Of a stretch of 64,000 bases of DNA, positions 9,265 to 17,942 are shown in pieces; position 1 is the stretch's first letter, and each line of letters opens with the position of its first letter. Location of the stretch: NCBI GenBank assembly GCA_902593945.1, contig CACJKA010000002.1:80807-144806 (forward strand). Direction: 5' to 3'. Origin of the DNA: an uncultured Candidatus Poseidoniales archaeon (lineage in GTDB: Archaea > Thermoplasmatota > Poseidoniia > Poseidoniales > Thalassarchaeaceae). The position numbers and the translations under genes are program-made. Under the pieces are notes generated by a model. The model saw only the letters and a list, made by a program, of their open reading frames with translations, ran no database searches and was not told where the DNA came from.

Positions 9265-9819
9265 ATGAGTAAAAGTGGAAACTCAGGAATTGGCCGTATT
9301 TATATCAAGATGGGAAGCGATATTATAGATTTGACCGGATCTGCTAAAGAAGTCCAAGATGGTTGGTTAAAAATAAAAGAAGAAGAATCATGGGAAGGAA
9401 AACTTTCAGCCATCAAGAAGGCAAGGGATTCAGCGGTACAAATTGCTGCACAAAGAGCGGTTCAAAGTGGAATTCCGGAAAGGGGTTCCGCTTTCAGAAG
9501 AGTTCTAGATTCTTGTGAAATAGAAAAGACGAGCGATGTAATACTCGCTGCAATACACTACCTAAGATTCGTTGAAAAGGAAACAAATACTCCTCCTCGT
9601 GAGTTAAAAAATCTGGTTTCCCAATCACAAAAATGGAATGAGGAAGAAGTTGAAAAATGGAATCTTTCACTCTACATTAATCGAATGTTAGAAGGAGGTG
9701 TTTCTGGTAAGAAACAAGAGCCTTTTTTGGAATATCCAACAGGCATGCCAAAGAAAAATAGGTATGTGGTCCTTACAGATGCTGGCCGTAATTATCTGGA
9801 GAGTCTGACACGTGTCTAA
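9265..9819 (+). CDS. Hypothetical protein, possibly with a C-terminal winged-helix domain
   Basis: ATG start, and an 8-nt overlap with the next gene. The C-terminal half (ILAAIHYLRFVEKE...KNRYVVLTDAGRNYLESL) has a wHTH-like helix / beta-hairpin pattern, which is weak evidence. Confidence 0.5.
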   Translation: MSKSGNSGIGRIYIKMGSDIIDLTGSAKEVQDGWLKIKEEESWEGKLSAIKKARDSAVQIAAQRAVQSGIPERGSAFRRVLDSCEIEKTSDVILAAIHYLRFVEKETNTPPRELKNLVSQSQKWNEEEVEKWNLSLYINRMLEGGVSGKKQEPFLEYPTGMPKKNRYVVLTDAGRNYLESLTRV

Positions 9820-10204
9820 TGAAGAAAATCTGCAAGATTGGTCTTATACATCTCATATAGGAAAAGATCTGAGAGGGATTAACCTCTCAGGGGCTAACCT
9901 GAAAAGAGCTGTATTTGATGGAGCTGATCTAGAAGGAGCTGACCTTTCAGGTGCTGATATGAGGAGAGCTTCCTTCAAAGGTGCAAATTTAATGAAAGCG
10001 GCATTCGATAATGCAGATATGAGAAATGCTATTTTCATTAAGGCTAAAATGAATCTTTCGAATTTTCAAGGCGCTAAACTTGAGGGAGCAGATTTGAGAG
10101 GAATTAGGGGGAGGTATGCGATATGGAGAAAGGCAAACTGGTGGGATGCTAAAATGGATGATTCTTTAAGAATTGCATTAACAAAAAAATGGCCTAAGAA
10201 ATGA
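9812..10204 (+). CDS. Pentapeptide-repeat protein
   Basis: Uninterrupted A(D/N)LxG-type pentapeptides: LSGANLKRAVFDGADLEGADLSGADMRRASFKGANLMKAAFDNADMRNAIF...GAKLEGADLRG. The GTG start overlaps the upstream stop. Confidence 0.85.
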   Translation: MSNEENLQDWSYTSHIGKDLRGINLSGANLKRAVFDGADLEGADLSGADMRRASFKGANLMKAAFDNADMRNAIFIKAKMNLSNFQGAKLEGADLRGIRGRYAIWRKANWWDAKMDDSLRIALTKKWPKK

Positions 10205-10207
10205 TGA

Positions 10208-10621
10208 CTATTCTTGTATCTTCAAAAGCCCTTCACGCATCCATTCAGGGACAGGGACTTTCATAGTTATTTCATCCATACTTGTACAAACTGTAGTTTG
10301 TAAAGAACTCCAGCACAATATTTCTTTCTGATTAAATATCTCAAAACTCCAAGTTACTGATGTATTTCCTATTCTCTTTACTTTCAATTTACAAGTTGCT
10401 ATATCGCCGTAGCTGAGAGGATGGTGAAAATTTGCTTCACTATGGACTAAAGGAAAACCTAAACGATGTTTTTGGAGAATCTCATTGTAATGAATGCCGC
10501 ACGTATATTCCCATGATTCTTCATAAAAACGATGTGCTAAATCCCAAAACTTAGGATAATAAACAATACCTGCTAAATCCACCATTGGGAAGTCTATTCT
10601 CCTAGAAGATATGAACGTCAT
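10208..10621 (-). CDS. 4HBT / YbgC-type acyl-CoA thioesterase (hotdog fold)
   Basis: The size (137 aa) and the N-terminal VDLAGIVYYPKFWDLAHRFYEESW block, with the conserved Asp, are typical of 4-hydroxybenzoyl-CoA thioesterase family proteins. Confidence 0.7.
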   Translation of the reverse strand: MTFISSRRIDFPMVDLAGIVYYPKFWDLAHRFYEESWEYTCGIHYNEILQKHRLGFPLVHSEANFHHPLSYGDIATCKLKVKRIGNTSVTWSFEIFNQKEILCWSSLQTTVCTSMDEITMKVPVPEWMREGLLKIQE

Positions 10622-10708
10622 GATAAATCGTAATAGTTAATTGGTTTGAAATCTGTGGAGGAACATTCTAGAAATTGTGATTTTCCAGTGTACACTAAGA
10701 AATGTAAA

Positions 10709-10785
10709 TGGCGGACCCACCGCGATTTGAACACGGGTTTAAGGCTCCGCAAGCCCCAGTGATATCCAGGCTACACTATGGGTCC
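10709..10785 (-). tRNA. tRNA-Arg (anticodon GCG), CCA encoded
   Basis: The reverse complement folds as a cloverleaf: GGACCCA TA GTGT..TCAC T GGGGC TTGCGGA GCCTT AAAC CCGTG TTCAAAT CGCGG TGGGTCC G CCA. Confidence 0.9.
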
Positions 10786-10841
10786 AATAGAACTTCGAGA
10801 GAAGGTTCATCTTTAATTCCGACGGTGATAGTCAGAGAAAT

Positions 10842-11195
10842 TTACATGTCCAAAGGAAGGATTGTTTTCCAACTAGGTTGTGCTAATTTCTTAGATTTCG
10901 GCCCATCTCTAGGATTAGGATGTTTATGCAATAGAACACCATGCATACCTTCTACATTGAACTTGACTCTTAACTCAAGCATACGATCTCTTTCTATTGT
11001 TTCCATCATTTCAGAATCTAATTCAAATGATGTCCTTGAAGAATCGTCACCTTCATTCTGAATACTAAGAATATTGGCATTAATGTCAGCACGCGGAGAA
11101 AAATCATAATCTCGAGGGTTGCTCATAATGACTTTGAGGTCTGCAATAAGTCTATCTCGAATCGAGACTTTAGTTATCTCCATCTCTTTGACCAT
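10842..11195 (-). CDS. Hypothetical protein (117 aa)
   Basis: ORF with an ATG start that fills the gap between the tRNA and the PKD lipoprotein gene. I recognise no motif. Confidence 0.5.
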   Translation of the reverse strand: MVKEMEITKVSIRDRLIADLKVIMSNPRDYDFSPRADINANILSIQNEGDDSSRTSFELDSEMMETIERDRMLELRVKFNVEGMHGVLLHKHPNPRDGPKSKKLAQPSWKTILPLDM

Positions 11196-11253
11196 GCCCC
11201 TGCCATGGAGAATTACTTGAAAGGCCTTCCCACTATTGAATGAGGGTTTAAAC

Positions 11254-12429
11254 TTAAATTTCTGCTACGCGTGGTATCAAAATAATAAATTCTACTTCTA
11301 AACTCCAATCATTGCCTGTATCTGGATCTATGCCATCCACTGGTAAGTCTGGATCACATTGATCGGCCGTAATTGTCCATATCCAATCACCCATCCCCCA
11401 TCTCTGGCCAGGTTCATTAAGTAAGGAATAAACAATATTTTCGGCAGAATCTGCTTGAATATTATAATCTGTTTCTGGAATATCATTTAATTCATCGTAA
11501 GAAATGTAGGTAGAAGCATTTTCCGTAATATTATCGTGAGTGGTTGAAGAAAATGTTCCCCAGCCAGTCATTGGCAAATCAATATGTAAAGAAAAATTGT
11601 CTTCTGGCCATAATAATGGTATTAACTCTCTATCCAATATTAATGAGGCATTAAACTCGATAATGCGAGCATTAAGGCCCGGTTCGTGAGTTAAAGAAAC
11701 AGATTCTCCTTGTTCAAGGTAATCTGACCAAGAATAAGTGACTTTTTCTTCTTCCCAATAGACATAATATGTCCTAGAAATTACCATTATAGTCCATTCT
11801 TCAGAGGAAATTCCTCCCTTATCATCGACTACAGTTAATATTCCTGTTTGGTTACCCGCTTCTAAAAATTCTATCTCAGCTAGAGATGTTGTTGCATCTG
11901 CATCGCCAGTAGGGTCTCCGTCTCCATCGCTATCAAATGTCTTATCGAAATCCCAAATAAAATCTAAATCCCCTCCTTCTGGGTCAAAAGAGTTAGATGC
12001 ATCTAGAAATCCTATATCTCGTGTTTTAACAAATCCAGGTTTTTCAATGATAATAGAGGGCGGAGAATTAACAAAAATAGTCATAGAAATTGAGTCAGAT
12101 TCTCCCAAATCATTAGTCACAGTCAATTCAATTTCATGATTTCCTGGGTTTTGGAAATAATGACTGATGATTCCGGATTTAGTTAATCGTGTTTCTCCGT
12201 CACCAAAATTCCAATTGTAATCTACAATAATTGAAGGAGAGGGGGATGTGGAGCCGCGTCCATCGAAATTTATGACGTCCCCCACATTAATTTCACTTAC
12301 GTCTGAAGAAATTTCAGCATTCGGCGTTGTTGAAGAAAGCCCTGTACATCCAGCTAAAGATACCAATAAAATCATACAAGATATCGAGAAAGTTCCAATT
12401 TTAGTTGATGACATTGGGCGTCTGTGCAT
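11254..12429 (-). CDS. Secreted lipoprotein with PKD domains
   Basis: Signal peptide plus LAGC lipobox (LLVSLAGCTG). First PKD signature: FDGRGSTSP...YNWNFGDGE...H.FQNPGNHEIELTVTNDLGESD. Second: LDASNSFDPEGGDLDFIWDF. Confidence 0.8.
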   Translation of the reverse strand: MHRRPMSSTKIGTFSISCMILLVSLAGCTGLSSTTPNAEISSDVSEINVGDVINFDGRGSTSPSPSIIVDYNWNFGDGETRLTKSGIISHYFQNPGNHEIELTVTNDLGESDSISMTIFVNSPPSIIIEKPGFVKTRDIGFLDASNSFDPEGGDLDFIWDFDKTFDSDGDGDPTGDADATTSLAEIEFLEAGNQTGILTVVDDKGGISSEEWTIMVISRTYYVYWEEEKVTYSWSDYLEQGESVSLTHEPGLNARIIEFNASLILDRELIPLLWPEDNFSLHIDLPMTGWGTFSSTTHDNITENASTYISYDELNDIPETDYNIQADSAENIVYSLLNEPGQRWGMGDWIWTITADQCDPDLPVDGIDPDTGNDWSLEVEFIILIPRVAEI

Positions 12430-12489
12430 GATATGATGTTCATAGCGATGTTGGAAAAATATACTAAATAAATATCAAAAATATATGAT

Positions 12490-13353
12490 TTGAAAGATAC
12501 GGACGGATTAGTTCATGGGGGGGATGTGTTTCGATTAATCATGGCTGGGGAGATTTTTGATGGCTTCCGAGTGGTGGGATTTGATTTAGAAACTACAGGC
12601 TTTGATATCAGAAAAGAAAGGATTGTCGAATATGCGCTAATTGGTAGTGACATCGATGGAACTCCCATAAATCTGCAATCATTAGTCTATCCTGGGAAAA
12701 GAATACCTTTCGAAGCATCGAATGTTCACGGCATTAAAGATCAAGATGTCAGAAATGCTGGTGCTTTCTCTGAACATATTAATGAAATTGCAAAAATAAT
12801 CGATGATTCAATAATTGTTGGACACAATATCATTAAATTTGATTGGAAGATTCTTGAAATGGAGTGTGTCAGAGCAGGGTTTGAAACCCCTAAACCAAGA
12901 GCGATTATTGATACATTGGTGATTGCTAGAAAATTAAAAATTCCTGGGAGACATAAATTAGGAATTTTATGTAATAAATATGGAATTGAGCTTGAGAATG
13001 CACATAGGGCAGATGCAGATGCAGGCGCGACTCTGATATTATTGTGGAAAATAATGAAAGAAAATCCTAGATTCTTTAGAGGTTCAATAGATGATTTACA
13101 AGATTCATTAGCAGGAGTAGAGAGAGAAAATTCACTCGGTCCGGGGCTTGAAGATCTAGAGCCTATTCCTCAATCAAGAGGATTATTAAGAAAAAATAAT
13201 TCTGAAATCATAGTCGCCTTTGGTAAATACAAAGGAAGAAGTTTGAATGAAATAAATAGAAATGACCCTAGATATTTGAATTGGTTATTTTCGCCTTCAA
13301 GCCCTATAGAAAAAGTAGTTTGTGAAAAGTATAAGAATTCTTTTCAAATCTGA
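12490..13353 (+). CDS. DnaQ-like DEDDh 3'-5' exonuclease with a C-terminal FGKYKG...YLNWL domain
   Basis: ExoI VVGFDLETTG, ExoII VGHNIIKFDWKILE, ExoIII AHRADADAGAT. The C-terminus FGKYKGRSLNEINRNDPRYLNWL resembles the DUF3820 / exodeoxyribonuclease-X C-terminal motif. The ORF starts at TTG 12490; an internal ATG (MAGEIF) is also possible. Confidence 0.85.
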   Translation: MKDTDGLVHGGDVFRLIMAGEIFDGFRVVGFDLETTGFDIRKERIVEYALIGSDIDGTPINLQSLVYPGKRIPFEASNVHGIKDQDVRNAGAFSEHINEIAKIIDDSIIVGHNIIKFDWKILEMECVRAGFETPKPRAIIDTLVIARKLKIPGRHKLGILCNKYGIELENAHRADADAGATLILLWKIMKENPRFFRGSIDDLQDSLAGVERENSLGPGLEDLEPIPQSRGLLRKNNSEIIVAFGKYKGRSLNEINRNDPRYLNWLFSPSSPIEKVVCEKYKNSFQI

Positions 13354-13355
13354 AA

Positions 13356-14504
13356 TTACCTTATTGATTTCAATAAAGGAGACCAAGGGAGTATCTCGCT
13401 CCAGTCTCCCAAGTGAATGATTTGCCCCTGTGATCTAACGCTACCTAGGAATACTGGGCCATCATAATCTGAAGAAATTATATCTTTCAACTGAATTAAT
13501 GCGCGACCTTTAATTAACGCTCCAAAGCTTATCTCTGAGCTTACTAATTTCCCTTCTGACCCTACCGGAGATTGGCGTTCAAATCTCGCAGCACCTGAAA
13601 AATCATCGAATTTGATTATTTTAACTACCTCGTCACGAAATGTATTCTTATCAGAGAGTTTTCCCTGGTCTCTAGATATCCACCAATCAGGGCACCACGC
13701 CTTAAATTCACAAAACCCACAAGCATCTTCACTGGGTGTCGATTCAGGGGGTTTTGTAGTTAATTTCATTTCATTCCAAGCCAAAATCGCGTCATCTAAG
13801 ACAAAATCGCCATCTGTAGAATATATTTTCTGATTAGATGAATACCACCCTTCAGCAGATACATGGGGATGATTTGGTTTGGTTTCTTTCAATAGGTCTC
13901 TGTAGAATAATAATTGTCTAGTTACTTTTTCATTAAGAGTTGAATTGGGAGGTTTTCCGGTTTTTAAATCTGCAACTATCCAACCTTTGGAGTTTCCATC
14001 TTCATCTAAATCGTCAATTAACAAATCTAGTCTGCCAATTAATCTCCCATCATTAGATACCAGTGACTCTTCATTAGATAGAACAATTGATTTGATCTCT
14101 TTCCAGTCTTTAATAGAAATCTCTGAAAACTTCTTTCCTGTATACTTTGTTTTACTAAAAAGAAGGTTCAGAGCCCCGACTAAACCTTCCCTCGCCTTTC
14201 CAATTGATTGAGGCTTCCAACTTGGGCGGCGGGGAGTATTAAGGAAAATTTCTTTTTCCATTAGCCAATGTTTGTCTATGGTTTCTTTCATTAATTTAGA
14301 TAGCCAACCAACTTCAGAATCTTCCCGTCCTTCAAAATCTAAATTACAAATTTCTTCCATAGAATTATGGATTACATTACCTAATGACGCAGGCATCGAC
14401 GCTTTGCGAGGTAATCTTTGTCTTGAGAGCCAGTATTTTCTTGGACATTCTTCAAATCTATTCCAAGATGAAGGAGATAATTGGTGTTCAAATATTTCGA
14501 CCAC
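13356..14504 (-). CDS. Cas4/AddB-like PD-(D/E)XK nuclease with a 4-Cys (Fe-S) cluster and an extra C-terminal domain of about 110 aa
   Basis: N-terminal SPSSWNRFEECPRKYW (first Cys). Nuclease core GRLDLL...VADLKTGK and QLLFYRDLL (QxxxY). C-terminal CGFCEFKAWCPDWW (CxxCx5C). Confidence 0.8.
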   Translation of the reverse strand: MVEIFEHQLSPSSWNRFEECPRKYWLSRQRLPRKASMPASLGNVIHNSMEEICNLDFEGREDSEVGWLSKLMKETIDKHWLMEKEIFLNTPRRPSWKPQSIGKAREGLVGALNLLFSKTKYTGKKFSEISIKDWKEIKSIVLSNEESLVSNDGRLIGRLDLLIDDLDEDGNSKGWIVADLKTGKPPNSTLNEKVTRQLLFYRDLLKETKPNHPHVSAEGWYSSNQKIYSTDGDFVLDDAILAWNEMKLTTKPPESTPSEDACGFCEFKAWCPDWWISRDQGKLSDKNTFRDEVVKIIKFDDFSGAARFERQSPVGSEGKLVSSEISFGALIKGRALIQLKDIISSDYDGPVFLGSVRSQGQIIHLGDWSEILPWSPLLKSIR

Positions 14505-14582
14505 TATTACTACCCACCGACTGTCTGATGTTACGCTCGTGGCGTCATAAGGATTAACACCACCGGCTATTACTATCTAGCA

Positions 14583-15389
14583 ATGACGTCGCAACCGGAG
14601 ATACAGTTTGATTCTGAAATTGATATGACAGGGGCGTTAGTAGTCAATTGCTTCCCATCACTAGGATTTGTTAGTAGCATTGTTGCACATTATTTGGTTG
14701 ATAAATTAAATTTGAAGTTAGTTGGAGGTGTTCGTCACCCTTCTTTACCAGCAGTTTGTTTAGTCCAGGAAGGAATGCCTTTACCACCTTTGAGATTTTA
14801 CGCTGGAGAACCCATATGTAATATGGAAGAATGTAATAAAGTAGTTTTAATCGCCTCAGAAATTCAGGTCCCAGCGAATTTGTGCTTACCATTATCTGGT
14901 GCCTTAATTGATTGGATTAAACAATCCAATGCTAGTGCTACAATAATGATTGATGCTTATTCACCAGGGGTTGAAAATAAGCACACGGTCTTTGATGAGG
15001 ATGATTCTGATGGATCTCTACTAGGGATAGGTTCTGTAGAAGATTCTCATAAAATATTGAATGAATTAAAGGTTCCACTTCTGAAGCAAGGAATCATTGG
15101 GGGTATGACGGGAGTTATGATGGGAGAAAGCAGAAGAAGATCAGTAAATACCGTTGCAATGTTAGCAGAAGCTTCCGGTGAATTCGGAAATGGTACGATT
15201 CCAGATTCTAGAGCTGCAGCAAGAATAATCAATTGCCTCGATAAGTTACTTCCGGCAATATATCTAGATTCTGAACCATTATTGTTAGAAGCTCAAAGAA
15301 TAGAAGATCAGATTAGAGAAATGATGGCTTTACAACTAAACCCGAGTGCTGAGCAAGCAACCAACGAAAGTTCAAACATGTATGGTTAA
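14583..15389 (+). CDS. PAC2-family protein (proteasome assembly chaperone-like), paralog 2, with a C-terminal HbYX-like tripeptide
   Basis: NCFPSLGFVSSIVAHYLVDKLNLKLVGGVRHPSLPAVCLV parallels paralog 1. The protein ends ...SSNMYG (Met-Tyr-Gly). Confidence 0.6.
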   Translation: MTSQPEIQFDSEIDMTGALVVNCFPSLGFVSSIVAHYLVDKLNLKLVGGVRHPSLPAVCLVQEGMPLPPLRFYAGEPICNMEECNKVVLIASEIQVPANLCLPLSGALIDWIKQSNASATIMIDAYSPGVENKHTVFDEDDSDGSLLGIGSVEDSHKILNELKVPLLKQGIIGGMTGVMMGESRRRSVNTVAMLAEASGEFGNGTIPDSRAAARIINCLDKLLPAIYLDSEPLLLEAQRIEDQIREMMALQLNPSAEQATNESSNMYG

Positions 15390-17519
15390 TTAAAAATCCA
15401 TCAAAGATTTTTGAGTATTTTCTTCGACATTAGCGGCCGGCATCTCTATTTCTAACATCTCATTTAACTGGCTCTCTGAAATTACTTGGACTCCTAAGCT
15501 AATGGCATTCTCAAGCTTTGAACCTGCTGACCCTCCGGCAAGAAGATAGTTTAGATTCTTAGAAACAGAACCCACGACCTTTCCTCCATTTGATTTGATT
15601 AAAAGTGCTATTTCTTTACGGGAGCGCGTCAAAGTTCCAGTTATACAAAATGTATTTCCGGATAAAGAACCGTTCGATAAGGGCTTTGATTCTGAATAAA
15701 TATCTAGATGTGTCTGAAGTTTTTTGACCGTGTCCATCCTTATAGTTAATCCATCTAAAATCTGGTTTGCTACCTTCACTCCTATTCCGTCGATTTCAAT
15801 AAGTTGTGTTACTGCTGAATTATTTTCATCAATATTTTCATTTCTTTGATTGACTAAATATAGCAGATTCTCTATTGACGTGACTTGATTTGCTACTGAT
15901 GTTGCTAATTCCGGACCTATACCTGGAATTCCAAGAGCCGAAAGAAACATGCTGAGAGAGATTCGCTTACTGGATTCCAATTCTTTTATCACATTAGTTG
16001 CAGACTTTAGGCCCATTCTTTCTAGATTTGAAATATCGCTAATTTTCAGATTATAAAGATCTGGTAAGGATTTCACTAATCCCTCAGAACACAATTGTTG
16101 TGCTAATTTCTCACCAATACCGTCCATTTCTAGCGATCTTGCCCAATAAAGTATAGTTCTCTCAAGACGTGATGGACAATTCATATTTGTACATCGAAGA
16201 AATGCACCATCTTGAATCAAATTAGTATCACATCGTGGACACAAAGTAGGAATAATTATTTGTGAATAATCAGGTAATTCTTCATCAAATTTTGAACCAT
16301 CTGAATGTGTTCTCCCTTCAATATCTGTCTTTGCAGCTTTACCAATTACTTCGACTATCTTTGGTATTACGTCGCCCCTCCGAACTATCTTGACTTTGTC
16401 TCCAATAGCAATTTGTAATCTATCGACTTCCCCTGGATTATGCAAAGTAACATTCTCAACAGTAACTCCAGAAACAGTAACAGGAGCAACTCTAGCAACA
16501 GGAGTAATTGTTCCGGTTCGACCAACTTGCCAATCAACGTCCATCAGAACTGTATGGGCTTCTTCCGGAGGGAACTTCCATGCAAGAGCCCACCGAGGAT
16601 GATGGGCGGTCATGCCAAGAGATTCTCTCTTTGAAATTAAATCGAGTTTTATTACCACTCCATCTATTTCCCATTCAATACTTCCTCTTTTTTCGGTCCA
16701 ATATTCCGTAATAGAGGAAATCTTCTCTGTAACTTTCGTAGAATCTTCTTCTGTAATTACTGTATTTCCTGCAATCTGTATTCCGATAGTTGAAAGCCAA
16801 TCATTTGAATCGGAATCAAAAATAAATAATGGAGGGTTTGGACTATCTGGGTGACTAGAATTTGAATCTGGAAATTTAACATCATATGCAAGGAAAATTA
16901 AATCTTCGGGCTTTGCTTTGCCAGAATCCTTTGTTTTTTGTCTAAGACATCCTGCCGCAAGATTGCGTGGATTCGGAGCAATTGATGAATACTTTTCATA
17001 GAATGTAGATAATGGCATAATTACTTCACCTCTAATATGACAATCCCCCTCCCAATTAATAGACTCGGGGACATTGGAAATTCTCCTAGCATTAGCAGTA
17101 ACATCTTCACCTCTTGTCCCGTTTCCTCTAGTTGCTGCTCTGACCAATCTACCTCTTCTATACTCTATAGAAAGTGCTGAACCATCAAGTTTGGGCTGAC
17201 AAACAAACTGCCGACCATTTGCTGTTGTTTCAGAAACAAAATGGTGTATTTCCTTAATTGTAGTCGCTTTATCTAAACTACGCATTGGAAATAAATGAAT
17301 TACTTTTTCACTACCTGGGATAGAATCTGAACCGACCATCTCCAGTTGAGGGTTATGTGGATCTAATCTTTTTAATTCTGACCAAAGAGAATCGAATTCC
17401 GTATCAGATATTTCGGGTGCAGCCTGATTATAATATAAATCTGAATGATAAGAAATTTGTTTAACAAGCCAAGAAACAAGCGCCCGCTTATCATCACCTG
17501 ATGGGCGCTCATCAACCAT
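15390..17519 (-). CDS. ligA: NAD-dependent DNA ligase (bacterial LigA type)
   Basis: Ia domain YYNQAAPEISDTEFD. Adenylation motif CQPKLDGSA. OB domain. Zn finger CPRCDTNLIQDGAFLRCTNMNCP. HhH repeats. C-terminal BRCT (FCITGTL...LLAGGSAGSKL). Confidence 0.95.
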   Translation of the reverse strand: MVDERPSGDDKRALVSWLVKQISYHSDLYYNQAAPEISDTEFDSLWSELKRLDPHNPQLEMVGSDSIPGSEKVIHLFPMRSLDKATTIKEIHHFVSETTANGRQFVCQPKLDGSALSIEYRRGRLVRAATRGNGTRGEDVTANARRISNVPESINWEGDCHIRGEVIMPLSTFYEKYSSIAPNPRNLAAGCLRQKTKDSGKAKPEDLIFLAYDVKFPDSNSSHPDSPNPPLFIFDSDSNDWLSTIGIQIAGNTVITEEDSTKVTEKISSITEYWTEKRGSIEWEIDGVVIKLDLISKRESLGMTAHHPRWALAWKFPPEEAHTVLMDVDWQVGRTGTITPVARVAPVTVSGVTVENVTLHNPGEVDRLQIAIGDKVKIVRRGDVIPKIVEVIGKAAKTDIEGRTHSDGSKFDEELPDYSQIIIPTLCPRCDTNLIQDGAFLRCTNMNCPSRLERTILYWARSLEMDGIGEKLAQQLCSEGLVKSLPDLYNLKISDISNLERMGLKSATNVIKELESSKRISLSMFLSALGIPGIGPELATSVANQVTSIENLLYLVNQRNENIDENNSAVTQLIEIDGIGVKVANQILDGLTIRMDTVKKLQTHLDIYSESKPLSNGSLSGNTFCITGTLTRSRKEIALLIKSNGGKVVGSVSKNLNYLLAGGSAGSKLENAISLGVQVISESQLNEMLEIEMPAANVEENTQKSLMDF

Positions 17520-17595
17520 GTCTGTTGAGAAGGGGGGTGCGACTTGAATATGCGTATTGAGACATTAGAAATGTCTTGCATAAGCTAAGGAATAA

Positions 17596-17673
17596 TGGTG
17601 GGCCAGCCAGGATTTGAACCTGGGTCGCGCGACCCCCAGCCGCGAAGTATAGACCAAGCTAACCTACAGGCCC
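17596..17673 (-). tRNA. tRNA-Pro (anticodon GGG), CCA encoded
   Basis: The reverse complement is GGGCCTG TA GGTT..TACT T CGCGG CTGGGGG TCGCG CGAC CCAGG TTCAAAT CCTGG CTGGCCC A CCA. In this fold there is one U-U mismatch at acceptor pair 6:67. Confidence 0.85.
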
Positions 17674-17724
17674 TGTTATTCAATGGGGGTTCTTTGGGTT
17701 CAAAGCCCTAACCTAAGTGTAAAC

Positions 17725-17931
17725 TCAGTTCTCACGGGCTATACTGAACGGTGCAACTTCATCAATCAAATCAATATGAGCGACGAACATTCTACGGCAA
17801 CAGTATCTTTCCATGCCTAAATTATCCAAGACAACTTGTGCATCTTCTCCATTTACTACTGCTTCTTTGTATTCTTCGTACTTGTGAGCAATAACTTTGC
17901 CACAACTCCAACAACGCACTGGTATCAACAT
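17725..17931 (-). CDS. rpoN: DNA-directed RNA polymerase subunit N (Rpo10)
   Basis: MLIPVRCWSCGKVIAHKYEEY...ERYCCRRMFVAHIDLID is the canonical RpoN/Rpb10 zinc-bundle sequence. Confidence 0.9.
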   Translation of the reverse strand: MLIPVRCWSCGKVIAHKYEEYKEAVVNGEDAQVVLDNLGMERYCCRRMFVAHIDLIDEVAPFSIAREN

Positions 17932-17942
17932 ATCTTTTCACC

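Noticed and set aside
10708-11061. 117-aa plus-strand ORF
   Set aside because: Its 5' end is the complement of tRNA-Arg(GCG), and the rest is antisense to the 10842-11195 ORF. It is an artefact of the open frame.
10709-12429. tRNA-flanked integrated element next to tRNA-Arg(GCG), and similarly at tRNA-Arg(CCT) 62138-62214
   Set aside because: No integrase or recombinase gene is adjacent, and I could find no direct repeat of the tRNA 3' half nearby. Neighbouring genes look chromosomal.
13356-14504. Possible CRISPR-Cas locus, suggested by the Cas4-like nuclease
   Set aside because: No repeat-spacer array and no other cas genes are visible anywhere in the 64 kb. Stand-alone Cas4-family nucleases are common outside CRISPR loci.
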